A DNA stretch of 64,000 nucleotides. Origin: a candidate division TM6 bacterium GW2011_GWF2_37_49. Its GTDB lineage: Bacteria; Babelota; Babeliae; Babelales; RVW-14. The notes under the pieces were generated by a model, which saw only the letters and a program-made list of their open reading frames with translations, did no database searches and was not told where the DNA came from. The translations under genes and the position numbers were made by a program. The stretch's first letter is position 1. Every line of letters begins with the position of its first letter. The stretch covers positions 2,653 through 66,652 of the forward strand of contig CAMATL010000005.1 of the NCBI GenBank assembly GCA_945861145.1. The letters run 5' to 3'. This document shows positions 18,688 to 27,981 of this stretch, in pieces.

Positions 18688-19446
18688 TTAAGCATCGCAA
18701 ATCAATAACCTTGCTTTAATAATTTCAATCATTGCAGCAACATCAGCTGCAGTATCGCCTTCACCAGAAACAATATGGTCAACCCTACCCTTACAAGGCT
18801 CTACATATTTATCATGCATAGGTCTTACCGTGGCCTCAATTTGAGCCTCAATGCTTTCAGCCGTACGCCCGCGCTCTTCCATATCTCTTGCTTTGCGTCG
18901 TGCATAACGTTTTTCAGCAGGTGTATCTATAAAAAATTTAAGATCAAAAAGACCATCTAATTCAGGAACTGCAAATATAAGGATACCCTCAACAAGAATA
19001 ATGTGTTTAGGCCGTACAGTCTTTGCTTCTAGATTATCTCTTGATACCACCACTCTTGAATGAGTCGCAAAATCATAATCTTGTATAACAATAGGCTTCC
19101 GCTCTTTAAGATCTAACAGATGCTCTCTGAGCAAGGTAGATTCAAGAGCGTCAGGATGATCAAAATTAGTAACTGCTCGCTCCTCTACTGTTAAATCAGG
19201 GGGGAGCTCTATGTAATAAGAATCATGACTAATATCGGCAACATTATCCCCAAAAACCGCTTTTAACTCAGCTGCTAACGCTTTGGTAAATGTAGTTTTA
19301 CCTGACCCTGTACCACCGGCAATACCAATTACAAGAATCTTTTCAGGGTTAATCATAGAAAAATTTGCTCCAAAAACAAAAACCCTAGCACAACAAACCA
19401 GCACCATTAAAACTGACAATATTAATGTACAAAGAAAAAACATCAT
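18688..19446 (-). CDS. udk: Uridine kinase with hydrophobic N-terminal extension
   Basis: IGIAGGTGSGKTT, HDSYY, NFDHPDA, YDFATHSR, ILVEGIL, RDMEERGR. Confidence 0.9.
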   Translation of the reverse strand: MMFFLCTLILSVLMVLVCCARVFVFGANFSMINPEKILVIGIAGGTGSGKTTFTKALAAELKAVFGDNVADISHDSYYIELPPDLTVEERAVTNFDHPDALESTLLREHLLDLKERKPIVIQDYDFATHSRVVVSRDNLEAKTVRPKHIILVEGILIFAVPELDGLFDLKFFIDTPAEKRYARRKARDMEERGRTAESIEAQIEATVRPMHDKYVEPCKGRVDHIVSGEGDTAADVAAMIEIIKARLLICDA

Positions 19447-19551
19447 TCCCCAGAATCAAAGTTCTTGAGAAATATTACTCAATCAGAGCAAACTAGCAAA
19501 TTTTTAATCGAATTTCACTACATTAAATCTCTTTTTGGTATACTATTCTTT

Positions 19552-21528
19552 ATGGAAAAAAAAGAATTTAAATTAAAATCTCCCTTCCCGCCTGCTGGCG
19601 ACCAACCAGCTGCAATAAAAGGCTTAGCACGCAATCGGCCAGGCAAATCCTTGCTGCTCGGCGTTACAGGATCAGGTAAAACATTTACGCTGGCAAATGT
19701 TATCGAGAAAACACAAAAAAACGTTTTGGTCCTTAGCCCGAATAAAACACTTGCTGCACAGCTTTACGAAGAATTTTCTCTTTTTTTTCCTGATAATAAA
19801 GTGTGTTATTTTGTGAGCTACTACGATTACTACCAACCAGAATCGTACATGCCAGCACAAGACATCTACATCCCCAAAGAAACAAAAATTAACAGTGAAA
19901 TCGAGCGGCTCCGCGTTGAAGCAACGGCTTCGATCATCAATCGCAATGACGTTATCGTGGTAGCTTCAGTTTCAGCCATATACTCGCTCGGCAACCCAGA
20001 AGACTACCGCAACCTAGCGTTCCCCATTAAAGTTGGCGACAAAATCACGCGCAAAGACCTTATCGATAAGCTAATCTTCATCCAGTACCAGCGCAATGAC
20101 GTTGACCTAAAGTTTGGTAATTTTCGGGTTATTGGCAATACCATCACGATTAATTTGCCCTACATCAAAGAAAATTTACGCATAGAGCTTTTTGGTGACC
20201 GCATTGATCTGATTGAATTTATTGACAGTAGAGATCATAAATTTTTACAGGCGTTGGATAATTTTCTTATCTTCCCTGCCAAGCATTTTGTCACCCCGCA
20301 AGACAAGCGCGATGGCGCCATCGCTCAAATTAAAGCAGACCTTGAGCGTGAGACAGCCGCCATGACTAACCCCCTGTACAAAGAGCGGCTTAATACACGC
20401 ATCAATCATGATATCGACATGCTACGCGAAACAGGCTACTGCAGCGGCGTTGAAAATTATTCACGTTATTTTGATGGCCGAGCTCCTGGCGATGCTCCGT
20501 ACAGCTTGTTTGAATTTTTTGGTGATGATTTTTTACTCATCATCGATGAATCACATATCACGCTGCCCCAGCTTGGCGCCATGTACAAAGGTGACCGCTC
20601 GCGTAAAAACTCACTCATCGAGTATGGCTTTCGCTTGCAGTCGGCATACGATAACCGTCCGCTGCAATTTGAAGAAATCGAAAAATATTTTAAGGACGTT
20701 ATTTTCGTCTCCGCGACACCAAGTGCCTATGAGCTTGAGCATGCAGATACAATCATCGAGCAAATTGTGCGCCCTACCGGGATCCCTGACCCGCTGATCG
20801 AAATATATCCACGAGAAGGGCAAATCGAACATTTGATCGCACAAATCAATGCCACAACCGAAGCTGGCTATCGCACACTCGTTACCGTGCTAACTAAGCG
20901 CGCCGCCGAAGAAATGGCTAACTTTTTAGAAAATCAAAAAATCAAGGTGTGCTACATGCACAGCGATATCAAGACACCACAGCGCACCGAGATGCTGCAT
21001 AAACTACGCTTAGGTGTCTTTGACTGCCTTGTTGGTATTAACCTGCTGCGCGAAGGCCTCGACTTACCAGAAGTAGCTCTGGTCACGATTATGGATGCCG
21101 ACATTGAAGGCTTTTTACGCAACGACCGATCATTAATCCAAACCATCGGCCGAGCAGCGCGCAACATCCATAGCAGAGTTTTGTTTTACGCTGATCGCAT
21201 TACCAATTCAATGCAGCGAGCAATCGATGAAACCCATCGTCGACGCGAGATTCAAATAGCTCACAATGAAAAACAGGGAATCACGCCGATATCAGTACAT
21301 CGTGATGTCACCAAGAGCATCTCAAGCCTGCAAGAAGCTATCGCTCTGGCTTCCAACTTTAAAAATAAAAAAACCAAGATCAAACCTAAAAACGCAGAAG
21401 ATGCGCAACAACTTATTGCTCAATTTCAAGAAGCAATGCAGCAGGCAGCTGAGGACCTCGATTTTGAAAAAGCGATCGATTTGCGCGATCATATTATCGC
21501 ACTGCAAAAACAATTTTTGGATAAATAG
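19552..21528 (+). CDS. uvrB: Excinuclease ABC subunit B
   Basis: PAGDQP, LGVTGSGKTFT, FVSYYDYYQPE, DESH, GINLLREGLDLPEV, C-terminal UVR domain. Confidence 0.97.
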   Translation: MEKKEFKLKSPFPPAGDQPAAIKGLARNRPGKSLLLGVTGSGKTFTLANVIEKTQKNVLVLSPNKTLAAQLYEEFSLFFPDNKVCYFVSYYDYYQPESYMPAQDIYIPKETKINSEIERLRVEATASIINRNDVIVVASVSAIYSLGNPEDYRNLAFPIKVGDKITRKDLIDKLIFIQYQRNDVDLKFGNFRVIGNTITINLPYIKENLRIELFGDRIDLIEFIDSRDHKFLQALDNFLIFPAKHFVTPQDKRDGAIAQIKADLERETAAMTNPLYKERLNTRINHDIDMLRETGYCSGVENYSRYFDGRAPGDAPYSLFEFFGDDFLLIIDESHITLPQLGAMYKGDRSRKNSLIEYGFRLQSAYDNRPLQFEEIEKYFKDVIFVSATPSAYELEHADTIIEQIVRPTGIPDPLIEIYPREGQIEHLIAQINATTEAGYRTLVTVLTKRAAEEMANFLENQKIKVCYMHSDIKTPQRTEMLHKLRLGVFDCLVGINLLREGLDLPEVALVTIMDADIEGFLRNDRSLIQTIGRAARNIHSRVLFYADRITNSMQRAIDETHRRREIQIAHNEKQGITPISVHRDVTKSISSLQEAIALASNFKNKKTKIKPKNAEDAQQLIAQFQEAMQQAAEDLDFEKAIDLRDHIIALQKQFLDK

Positions 21529-21559
21529 ATTAGGCTCTGTTGAGTTTTTAACGTAACCA

Positions 21560-21593
21560 TATGATAGCCCCCATCTTTGTGGGGGCTATCATA
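21560..21593. terminator. Hairpin after uvrB
   Basis: TATGATAGCCCCCA-tctttg-TGGGGGCTATCATA. Confidence 0.65.
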
Positions 21594-21748
21594 GTAATAC
21601 CAATTACACAAATTAATCATACATTTTAAAAACAGCTAACTCTTGCCAATAAGAGGCCACTGGTTATGCAATCCTGCTTTTCGAGCCATAGCTTACTTCG
21701 ATACGCGATTGCAACGCAATTGTATCGAGGGGTGATCCGAGATCCATT

Positions 21749-22408
21749 CTAATTCATATGATTGACATCACTAATCAGCTCTAATTCTTTAATCGAATAA
21801 GCGCCTTCGCGAATAACGCGTAAATTTTCGCTAGAACAATCAATAATTGTTGATGGGGTACTTACGTGTGTTTTGGTTGTTTCATCAACCACAATACAAG
21901 CAACCTCTTTAGCAATCAAAAGGTCTAAATCCTCAACGCGCTCAGCTACCGGCATGCCAGATTTATTGGCGCTTGTTGAAAATAAACCATCGAAATGTTG
22001 TAGCACACCCAAAAGTCCTGCGTGGTTGGGGACGCGTAAGGCAATCGTGCCGTCGTGTGATTTTAAATAGGCTGGCAATCCTACATGTGCTTTGAGGATC
22101 AAGGTGAGTGGTCCTGGCCAGCAATGCTCTATTAATTTTTGTACTGGTGCTAGTAATGGCCCTGGGATGAAATGTACAAGTTTTGACTTGTCGGCAATTA
22201 AAACAATATATGATTTTTCAGCGCGACCTTTAATGTTATTGAGAGCAGCATGTCCAACCGCCGTGGTGTTTGCCAGCAAGCCTAGAACTGTGTCAGAGGC
22301 GCCGGCAATAACTTTGCCGTTTTTTATTAATGTGATGATTTGTTGCTGATCGGTAGTGTTTTGCCAAGACAGCTGATTTAAATTATGGTCCATAATCACA
22401 ATTTCCAT
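21749..22408 (-). CDS. tsaC: L-threonylcarbamoyladenylate synthase (TsaC/Sua5/YrdC)
   Basis: SDTVLGL, IKGRAEK, WPGPLTLIL, TIALRVPNH, STSANKSG, PSTIID. Confidence 0.9.
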   Translation of the reverse strand: MEIVIMDHNLNQLSWQNTTDQQQIITLIKNGKVIAGASDTVLGLLANTTAVGHAALNNIKGRAEKSYIVLIADKSKLVHFIPGPLLAPVQKLIEHCWPGPLTLILKAHVGLPAYLKSHDGTIALRVPNHAGLLGVLQHFDGLFSTSANKSGMPVAERVEDLDLLIAKEVACIVVDETTKTHVSTPSTIIDCSSENLRVIREGAYSIKELELISDVNHMN

Positions 22409-22480
22409 TCATTTGAATTAATAGATATTTTTAGCTAATTGCACAGCGATGATTCCTTGAGTTCAATGTAATCATCAGAG

Positions 22481-22502
22481 GAGGGGAGTTTAAACTCCCC
22501 TC
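22481..22502. terminator. Hairpin downstream of the fis-like gene
   Basis: GAGGGGAGTTT-AAACTCCCCTC. Confidence 0.55.
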
Positions 22503-22527
22503 TTTTTCTTTGCCAACAAAATCTAGA

Positions 22528-22764
22528 TTATTTAACCTCAATATGCAGATCTGCAATTTTACGATACAGTGTGCTGCGGCTTATGCCAAGCATTTTTGCA
22601 CTAGCAAACATATTGCCATTTGTTTCTTCGAGCACAATTTTAATGACTGAGCGTTCAACCTCTTCCACAATGAGTGGGTAGATGTTGCCTTCATTGTGAA
22701 TGCCGATACCGTGGATCATGTGTAGTACTTCTTTGCGTAAAAAATCATATAACGATCCAGTCAT
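22528..22764 (-). CDS. fis: Fis-family DNA-binding protein
   Basis: YPLIVEEVERSVI..LEETNGN..SAKMLGISRSTLYRKI (Fis HTH). Confidence 0.8.
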   Translation of the reverse strand: MTGSLYDFLRKEVLHMIHGIGIHNEGNIYPLIVEEVERSVIKIVLEETNGNMFASAKMLGISRSTLYRKIADLHIEVK

Positions 22765-22776
22765 AAGATACCGTCC

Positions 22777-23739
22777 TTATTTCTTCATACGCGCAAAGTG
22801 CTGTGCGTACAAAAAATCAAAAAAACAAAATGAATGTCCACGCTTAATGTTGTAATCGATTGTGTAGAGCTGCGCCAATAGCTTTTGAAAATATTCTGGC
22901 TGGTAGTTTTGCCACTCGCGGGTGATGAAGCTGTAGGGAAGTTTAAATCCCATCTTCTTTGCTAATATAATATTTTTTTGTTGTGCAAAAGTAATCACGT
23001 GAAACGCTCGCCACCATTGATCGTGCCAAAACGCGAGCCAAAAAACCGGTGGGTATTCGCTACTGATATTGCTCCAGGTTGTAAAAAAGCTGCGGTCTCG
23101 TTTAAAAAACGCCTGACTTAAATTTGAAAGCTCCGCACTGAGCGGCAGCAACGGCGTGAGGTAGCGCACAAAATCAGGAAGGTGTTTGACGTGGACCAGC
23201 TCAATGCTATCTAGAATTGTTATAAACAAATTAAGAGGGAGCTGCTGATTTTGATTGAGCAGCGCTTCGATGACGCTCCGCTTAGGCGGATTAGCTAACG
23301 TTTTAGATGCAAATAGTTGCGCTAGCGCCATGCCATCCGCCGCGGTTATATCAACAGGGAGCTGGATCGTTTGTAGCGAAATTTTTGCTGGAACTTCTTG
23401 CACAAAAAGCGCAATGCGGTTCTCGCCTACATAACCATTTAAGCCAGCCAGTAAAGCATCACGGTTTTTTGTTGTAAAGCCATCTTCTACATCACCAAGC
23501 CAGAAAAATGAAGCTTGGCCGAGGACAGTTTGTTGTAATAGAGGTAAAAGTGTTTTTACGTCTTGGGTTGAAAGCTGCACGCGGCTGCGAGGGATTGTTA
23601 AAATTTTGTCTGCTTCAATTTTTTGCAGTACCTTGCGCATGAATTGATACGGAAAGCTGTTTGATACAAAACAGGTTACTGGTGTGCGCTGCCAGTACGC
23701 AGGATCAAAAACAATATTTAAAATTTGTTGGATAGTCAT
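22777..23739 (-). CDS. Probable divergent DNA polymerase III delta subunit (HolA-like)
   Basis: About 320 aa; directly downstream of an lptE-like gene (lptE-holA synteny); C-terminal LYTIDYNIKRG matches the HolA D-xx-IK-G motif. Confidence 0.55.
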   Translation of the reverse strand: MTIQQILNIVFDPAYWQRTPVTCFVSNSFPYQFMRKVLQKIEADKILTIPRSRVQLSTQDVKTLLPLLQQTVLGQASFFWLGDVEDGFTTKNRDALLAGLNGYVGENRIALFVQEVPAKISLQTIQLPVDITAADGMALAQLFASKTLANPPKRSVIEALLNQNQQLPLNLFITILDSIELVHVKHLPDFVRYLTPLLPLSAELSNLSQAFFKRDRSFFTTWSNISSEYPPVFWLAFWHDQWWRAFHVITFAQQKNIILAKKMGFKLPYSFITREWQNYQPEYFQKLLAQLYTIDYNIKRGHSFCFFDFLYAQHFARMKK

Positions 23740-23743
23740 ATTT

Positions 23744-24391
23744 TTACTGCAGGTGTCGTCTAAAGGTTTGTTCGATAATTTGAATATGGTGCTCAAGCAT
23801 ACCACGCAAGCTGTGCACCGTGTAGGCATCTTGTTGTAATGGTGCTAGCGCTTTGGAAATAATCGTTTCAAATATAAACGTTTTTTCTAGAACCAACTCT
23901 TTGCGGAAATTATACAGCGAGCAAATAGCTTTGAGCTCAACTAATTTGTGCAACAATACAACGTCTTGGGAGATAAAGTGTTGTGTTGGCATTAGCCATT
24001 CAACCGTTGTTTTGAGTACATAACCTTGCTGTGGGCAGGTTGCAACATCGTAACCTTGTCGCTGAAAAGTGTTAACCAATGCATCATAAAGCAGCTGGCT
24101 TATTGGTTCGGCAGCGGTGTCATTGATTGGCATGGCAATAAAAATTGGGGTCTGTGGCCGTGAGGCAATGCGCACGCGGTGACTGCAGGCAGGTAGCATG
24201 AGAAGAAGGAATAGAGGAATTACTCTGAACAGGCCATTGAATAATTTCTTGTTAAAAAGAAGCCTGTTTTTGCTGTCGTTTCCTCGAAGGAGGGAATCCA
24301 GGTTTTTTATTAATTTAAAAAAATTAAGGATATTTCCCTGAAGAGATCTATGAGTGAATATTGTTTGGAACAAAGCTGAATTTAAAATCAA
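23744..24391 (-). CDS. LptE-like lipoprotein (start uncertain; N-terminal extension overlaps a palindromic element)
   Basis: Lipobox LPAC; PIFIAMPINDT..LYDALVNTF; position upstream of the holA-like gene. Confidence 0.6.
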   Translation of the reverse strand: MILNSALFQTIFTHRSLQGNILNFFKLIKNLDSLLRGNDSKNRLLFNKKLFNGLFRVIPLFLLLMLPACSHRVRIASRPQTPIFIAMPINDTAAEPISQLLYDALVNTFQRQGYDVATCPQQGYVLKTTVEWLMPTQHFISQDVVLLHKLVELKAICSLYNFRKELVLEKTFIFETIISKALAPLQQDAYTVHSLRGMLEHHIQIIEQTFRRHLQ

Positions 24392-24436
24392 TGCAATCCT
24401 TGCTCTTGCCTGGATCCTCGCCTTCGCGAGGACGAC
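24275..24436. repeat. Inverted pair of REP/RPE-like palindromes
   Basis: GTCGTTTCCTCGAAGGAGGGAATCCAGG (24275-24302) and CCTGGATCCTCGCCTTCGCGAGGACGAC (24409-24436). Confidence 0.75.
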
Positions 24437-24487
24437 CGAACAAGTAATGTTCTAGATTGGTACTAGCAATGCACAAAAATTTTATTT

Positions 24488-25387
24488 TTATGATTTCACA
24501 ATGCGGTTACCAAGGCTGAATGGGCCGGGTTTTTGATTGTTTTGTTGAGTGGGTGTGGCAGGTGCTTGGCGAGAATTGCGTTGACGATCTTGGCTCATAT
24601 TCAGCAACGCTGTGATGTTTTCGTTGAGCTCACTTGCTTCAAGATCAAGTGTGGCAAGCTTTTGCGCGGTAACGGTAAAAATCTGTTTTACGCTTTCTTG
24701 AGCAAGTGCTTTAGCCGCATCAAATTGCTCCCAGGCGAGTGGTGTTTTTTCTGACGTGCCTTGCACCTCAACGAGACGGTTGCCTTGCGTGATGATGAAA
24801 TTAAAGTCAGCTTCGGCAGCACTATCTTCTGGGTAGTCAAGATCGGTAGCTAAGTGGTCCTTAACGAATCCAACAGAGATACCGGCGATACGTTCAACAA
24901 AGATATTAGAGCTGGTAATTTTTTTATCAAACCAGCGCTTGGTAGCTATTTCAAGCGCTAGACTTGCGGCCGTAATACAAGCAACGCGTGTGCCGCCATC
25001 AGCTTGCAAGACATCGCAATCGATAAGAATAGTTTTATCGCGTAGCAATGAAAGATCAACGCAGGTGCGTAAGCAGCGACCAAGAAGTCGCGAGATTTCA
25101 ACACTGCGAGCGTTGCGCTGCGCTTGTGATGATTCACGATTATTGCGTTGATGAGTAGAGCTTGGCAACATGGCATATTCGGCGGAAAGCCACCCAACAG
25201 GTTGACCCTTGAGAAAGGGTGGCAACCCTTGTTGTAGCGTAATGCTGGCAAGTACCTTGGTGTTGCCCTGCGAAAATAGAACTGATGCGCTTGTATAACC
25301 AAGCGCATCAACTACAAAATCTATCGCACGAATTTCATGCGGTGCGCGCTCAAGGGCGCGCACCAAATTAGTGAGATTGCTTTCCAT
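24488..25387 (-). CDS. rph: Ribonuclease PH
   Basis: GWLSAEYAMLPSST..R..RE, RSVEISRLLGR, DCDVLQADGGTR, EVQGTSE. Confidence 0.95.
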   Translation of the reverse strand: MESNLTNLVRALERAPHEIRAIDFVVDALGYTSASVLFSQGNTKVLASITLQQGLPPFLKGQPVGWLSAEYAMLPSSTHQRNNRESSQAQRNARSVEISRLLGRCLRTCVDLSLLRDKTILIDCDVLQADGGTRVACITAASLALEIATKRWFDKKITSSNIFVERIAGISVGFVKDHLATDLDYPEDSAAEADFNFIITQGNRLVEVQGTSEKTPLAWEQFDAAKALAQESVKQIFTVTAQKLATLDLEASELNENITALLNMSQDRQRNSRQAPATPTQQNNQKPGPFSLGNRIVKS

Positions 25388-25400
25388 CGCGTAATTGCTC

Positions 25401-27491
25401 TTATTTTTCGAGTTCAGGAGCAATAAGGCGGACTTTGCCTGTATCAGGGTCAATCGCAATAACCTTAACCATTAGCCTGTCATTCAGTCTAAGATCTTGG
25501 TTTAGAGTTTGTTGGCGATGACGCGCGATGGTGGAAATGTGTACTAAGCCATCTTTGCCTGGAATAACTTCAACAAAGACACCAAAGTCAGTTAGGCGGC
25601 GAACAACACCTTCATAGGTGACGCCGATTTCAACTTCTTTAGCCAAGCGACGCACCCATTCTTCAGCCATCTTTGCAGACTCTGCGTTCTTTGCAAAGAT
25701 CAGCACGGTACCATCGTCTTCAATCTCAATCTGAGTTCCAGTTGTAGCAACGATTTCTTTAATGATTGAACCGCCAGGTCCAATAATCGCACCAATTTTA
25801 TCTTGTGAAATCTTCAATGAGAAGATTCTCGGTGCGAGTAGTGAAAGCTCTCTCTTCGGTTCGGTCATAACTTTGCGCATTTCGCCCAAAATATGTAGAC
25901 GAGCTACGCGTGCTTGACCAAGTGCCTTAGCAAGCAATTCACGGGAAAGACCAACTTTGTCTTTGATGTCGAGCTGGAAAGCCATAATGCCATCGTCGGT
26001 ACCGGTGACTTTAAAGTCCATCAATCCAAGCGCATCTTCTTCACCTAAAATGTCGGTCAATACATGGTGTTGGCCTTTTGAGTCAAAGAACAACCCCATA
26101 GCAATGCCACTTACCATTTGCTTGATTGGGATGCCAGCTTCCATAAATGCAAGTGTAGTAGAACATACAGTTGCCATTGATGAAGAACCGTTAGATTCAA
26201 GCACATCCACTACTGAGCGTATTGTGTAAGGGAAGCTCTCGATGCTTGGCAATACAGCCAAGAAAGAGGTTTCAGCCAAGTAACCATGACCAATTTCACG
26301 ACGACCAACTGCGCGCATAGGCTTTGCTTCACCAGTTGAGAATGGTGGGAAATTGTAATGAAGCATGAAACGCTTTTCTTGTAATCCGCCATGAAGACTC
26401 TCAATTTTTTGAGCATCTTGTCCTGAACCAAGAGTGATCGATGCAAGCGCTTGTGTTTCACCGCGTTGAAATACCGCTGAACCATGCGCGCAAGGCAATA
26501 CGCCAACTTCACACATAATTGGACGTACTTCATCTAAGCGACGGCCATCGATACGAATTTGGCGTTTAGCAATAACATCAGGAATGATTTTTTTGATTTG
26601 AAGATTGAACAAGTAGTTAAGAACTGAAGTAGGAATAGTTGCTGCTGCGATATCAGCGGCAAAGTTTTTAACTACTTTTTCTTGCAATGCAGCTAACGCT
26701 TCGCTGCGAATTTTCTTTGCTTTACCAAAGAAAGCATCAACATCGTCATAGCTAACATGTTTAGCAATTTGTTCTAACCAGTGATCAAAATTATAGGTCT
26801 TTTTAAGAGCAACTTTAGGCTTGCCTACTTCTTTTTGTAGCGCAAGTTGCCAGTCGATTTGTTTTCTAATGATCTCATGGGCTTTAAGTAAAAGCTCAAT
26901 GAGTTCTTCTTCGGTAGCGTTGTTACAATTACCTTCAACCATACAAATACCAGCTTGTGTGCCAGCAACGATGATGTCAGCGGTAGATGTTTCTTGGTCG
27001 GTATGGGTAAGATTAAATTCCCACTTACCGTCAATTTTACCAATCTGTACAGCGCCTATAGGCCCCAAGAAAGGGATATCAGATATTGTCAAAGCAATGG
27101 ATGAACCAAGAATTCCCAACACGCTGTTTGGAAAAGTACCATCCGAAGAATGAACGGTAGAAATAATCTGCACTTCGTTAAAGTATTCTTGTGGAAATAG
27201 CGGACGAATTGGACGATCGATAAGACGTGAGTTTAACACTTCTTCATCGCTCAGTTTGCCTTCGCGCTTGAAAAAACCACCAGGTACTTTACCAGCAGCG
27301 GAAGTACGTTCACGGTACTCAACTGTTAATGGGAAAAAACCCATGAATTCCTTGGGTTCATTTCCGGCAACAGCCGTACAGAGAATTATGTTCTTACCGG
27401 CCTTAAGCCACGCAGCTCCATTTGCCTGCCGAGCATACTTGTTCAGTTCTACTTCAAGTCCCAACTCAGGGTTAGAAAAAATTTGATTCAT
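25401..27491 (-). CDS. pnp: Polyribonucleotide nucleotidyltransferase
   Basis: FFPLTVEYRE, GGFFKREG, RLIDRPIRPLFP, RREIGHG, ESNGSSSMA, KH and S1 domains. Confidence 0.97.
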   Translation of the reverse strand: MNQIFSNPELGLEVELNKYARQANGAAWLKAGKNIILCTAVAGNEPKEFMGFFPLTVEYRERTSAAGKVPGGFFKREGKLSDEEVLNSRLIDRPIRPLFPQEYFNEVQIISTVHSSDGTFPNSVLGILGSSIALTISDIPFLGPIGAVQIGKIDGKWEFNLTHTDQETSTADIIVAGTQAGICMVEGNCNNATEEELIELLLKAHEIIRKQIDWQLALQKEVGKPKVALKKTYNFDHWLEQIAKHVSYDDVDAFFGKAKKIRSEALAALQEKVVKNFAADIAAATIPTSVLNYLFNLQIKKIIPDVIAKRQIRIDGRRLDEVRPIMCEVGVLPCAHGSAVFQRGETQALASITLGSGQDAQKIESLHGGLQEKRFMLHYNFPPFSTGEAKPMRAVGRREIGHGYLAETSFLAVLPSIESFPYTIRSVVDVLESNGSSSMATVCSTTLAFMEAGIPIKQMVSGIAMGLFFDSKGQHHVLTDILGEEDALGLMDFKVTGTDDGIMAFQLDIKDKVGLSRELLAKALGQARVARLHILGEMRKVMTEPKRELSLLAPRIFSLKISQDKIGAIIGPGGSIIKEIVATTGTQIEIEDDGTVLIFAKNAESAKMAEEWVRRLAKEVEIGVTYEGVVRRLTDFGVFVEVIPGKDGLVHISTIARHRQQTLNQDLRLNDRLMVKVIAIDPDTGKVRLIAPELEK

Positions 27492-27567
27492 TAAGATCCT
27501 CGACGCTTGTGAGCTCTATAAAAAATTATCAAAAGGTGCGTAGGGTAAGACCGCCACTGGCGATAGC

Positions 27568-27840
27568 CTACAGATAGCCAACCTGTTTGAGTGAGGCTAC
27601 AAGCTTGTTATGTGCTTCTGGCTTATTTAATTTCAAGTACTTTAGGAACGCTCTGCGTTTACCAACTAAACACACCAAACCGCGACGGGAGTGATGGTCT
27701 TTTGGAAATTGTCCCAAATGTACGTTAATTTGACGAATGCGTTCAGAGAAAATCGCAACTTGAACTTCTGAAGAGCCGGTATCAGTAGTGTTTACGGCAA
27801 ACTTCTTGATCAGTTCTTGTTTTTGCGCTGTGTTTATCAT
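27568..27840 (-). CDS. rpsO: 30S ribosomal protein S15
   Basis: DTGSSEVQVA..KDHHSRRGL..LVGKRR. Confidence 0.96.
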   Translation of the reverse strand: MINTAQKQELIKKFAVNTTDTGSSEVQVAIFSERIRQINVHLGQFPKDHHSRRGLVCLVGKRRAFLKYLKLNKPEAHNKLVASLKQVGYL

Positions 27841-27890
27841 GAAAAGTACCTCATTTAATCTAGATTAAAAATTCAAGTTTATTCAAAAAT

Positions 27891-27962
27891 TAGGCGCGAG
27901 CAGGATCGAACTGCTGACCCTCGCTACGTCAAAGCGATGCTCTACCACTGAGCTACGCGCCT
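27891..27962 (-). tRNA. tRNA-Val(GAC), CCA not encoded
   Basis: AGGCGCGTAGCTCAGTGGTAGAGCATCGCT-TT GAC GT-AGCGA..GTTCGATCCTGCTCGCGCCTA. Confidence 0.9.
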
Positions 27963-27981
27963 AAAAACTCTAAAGACCGCT

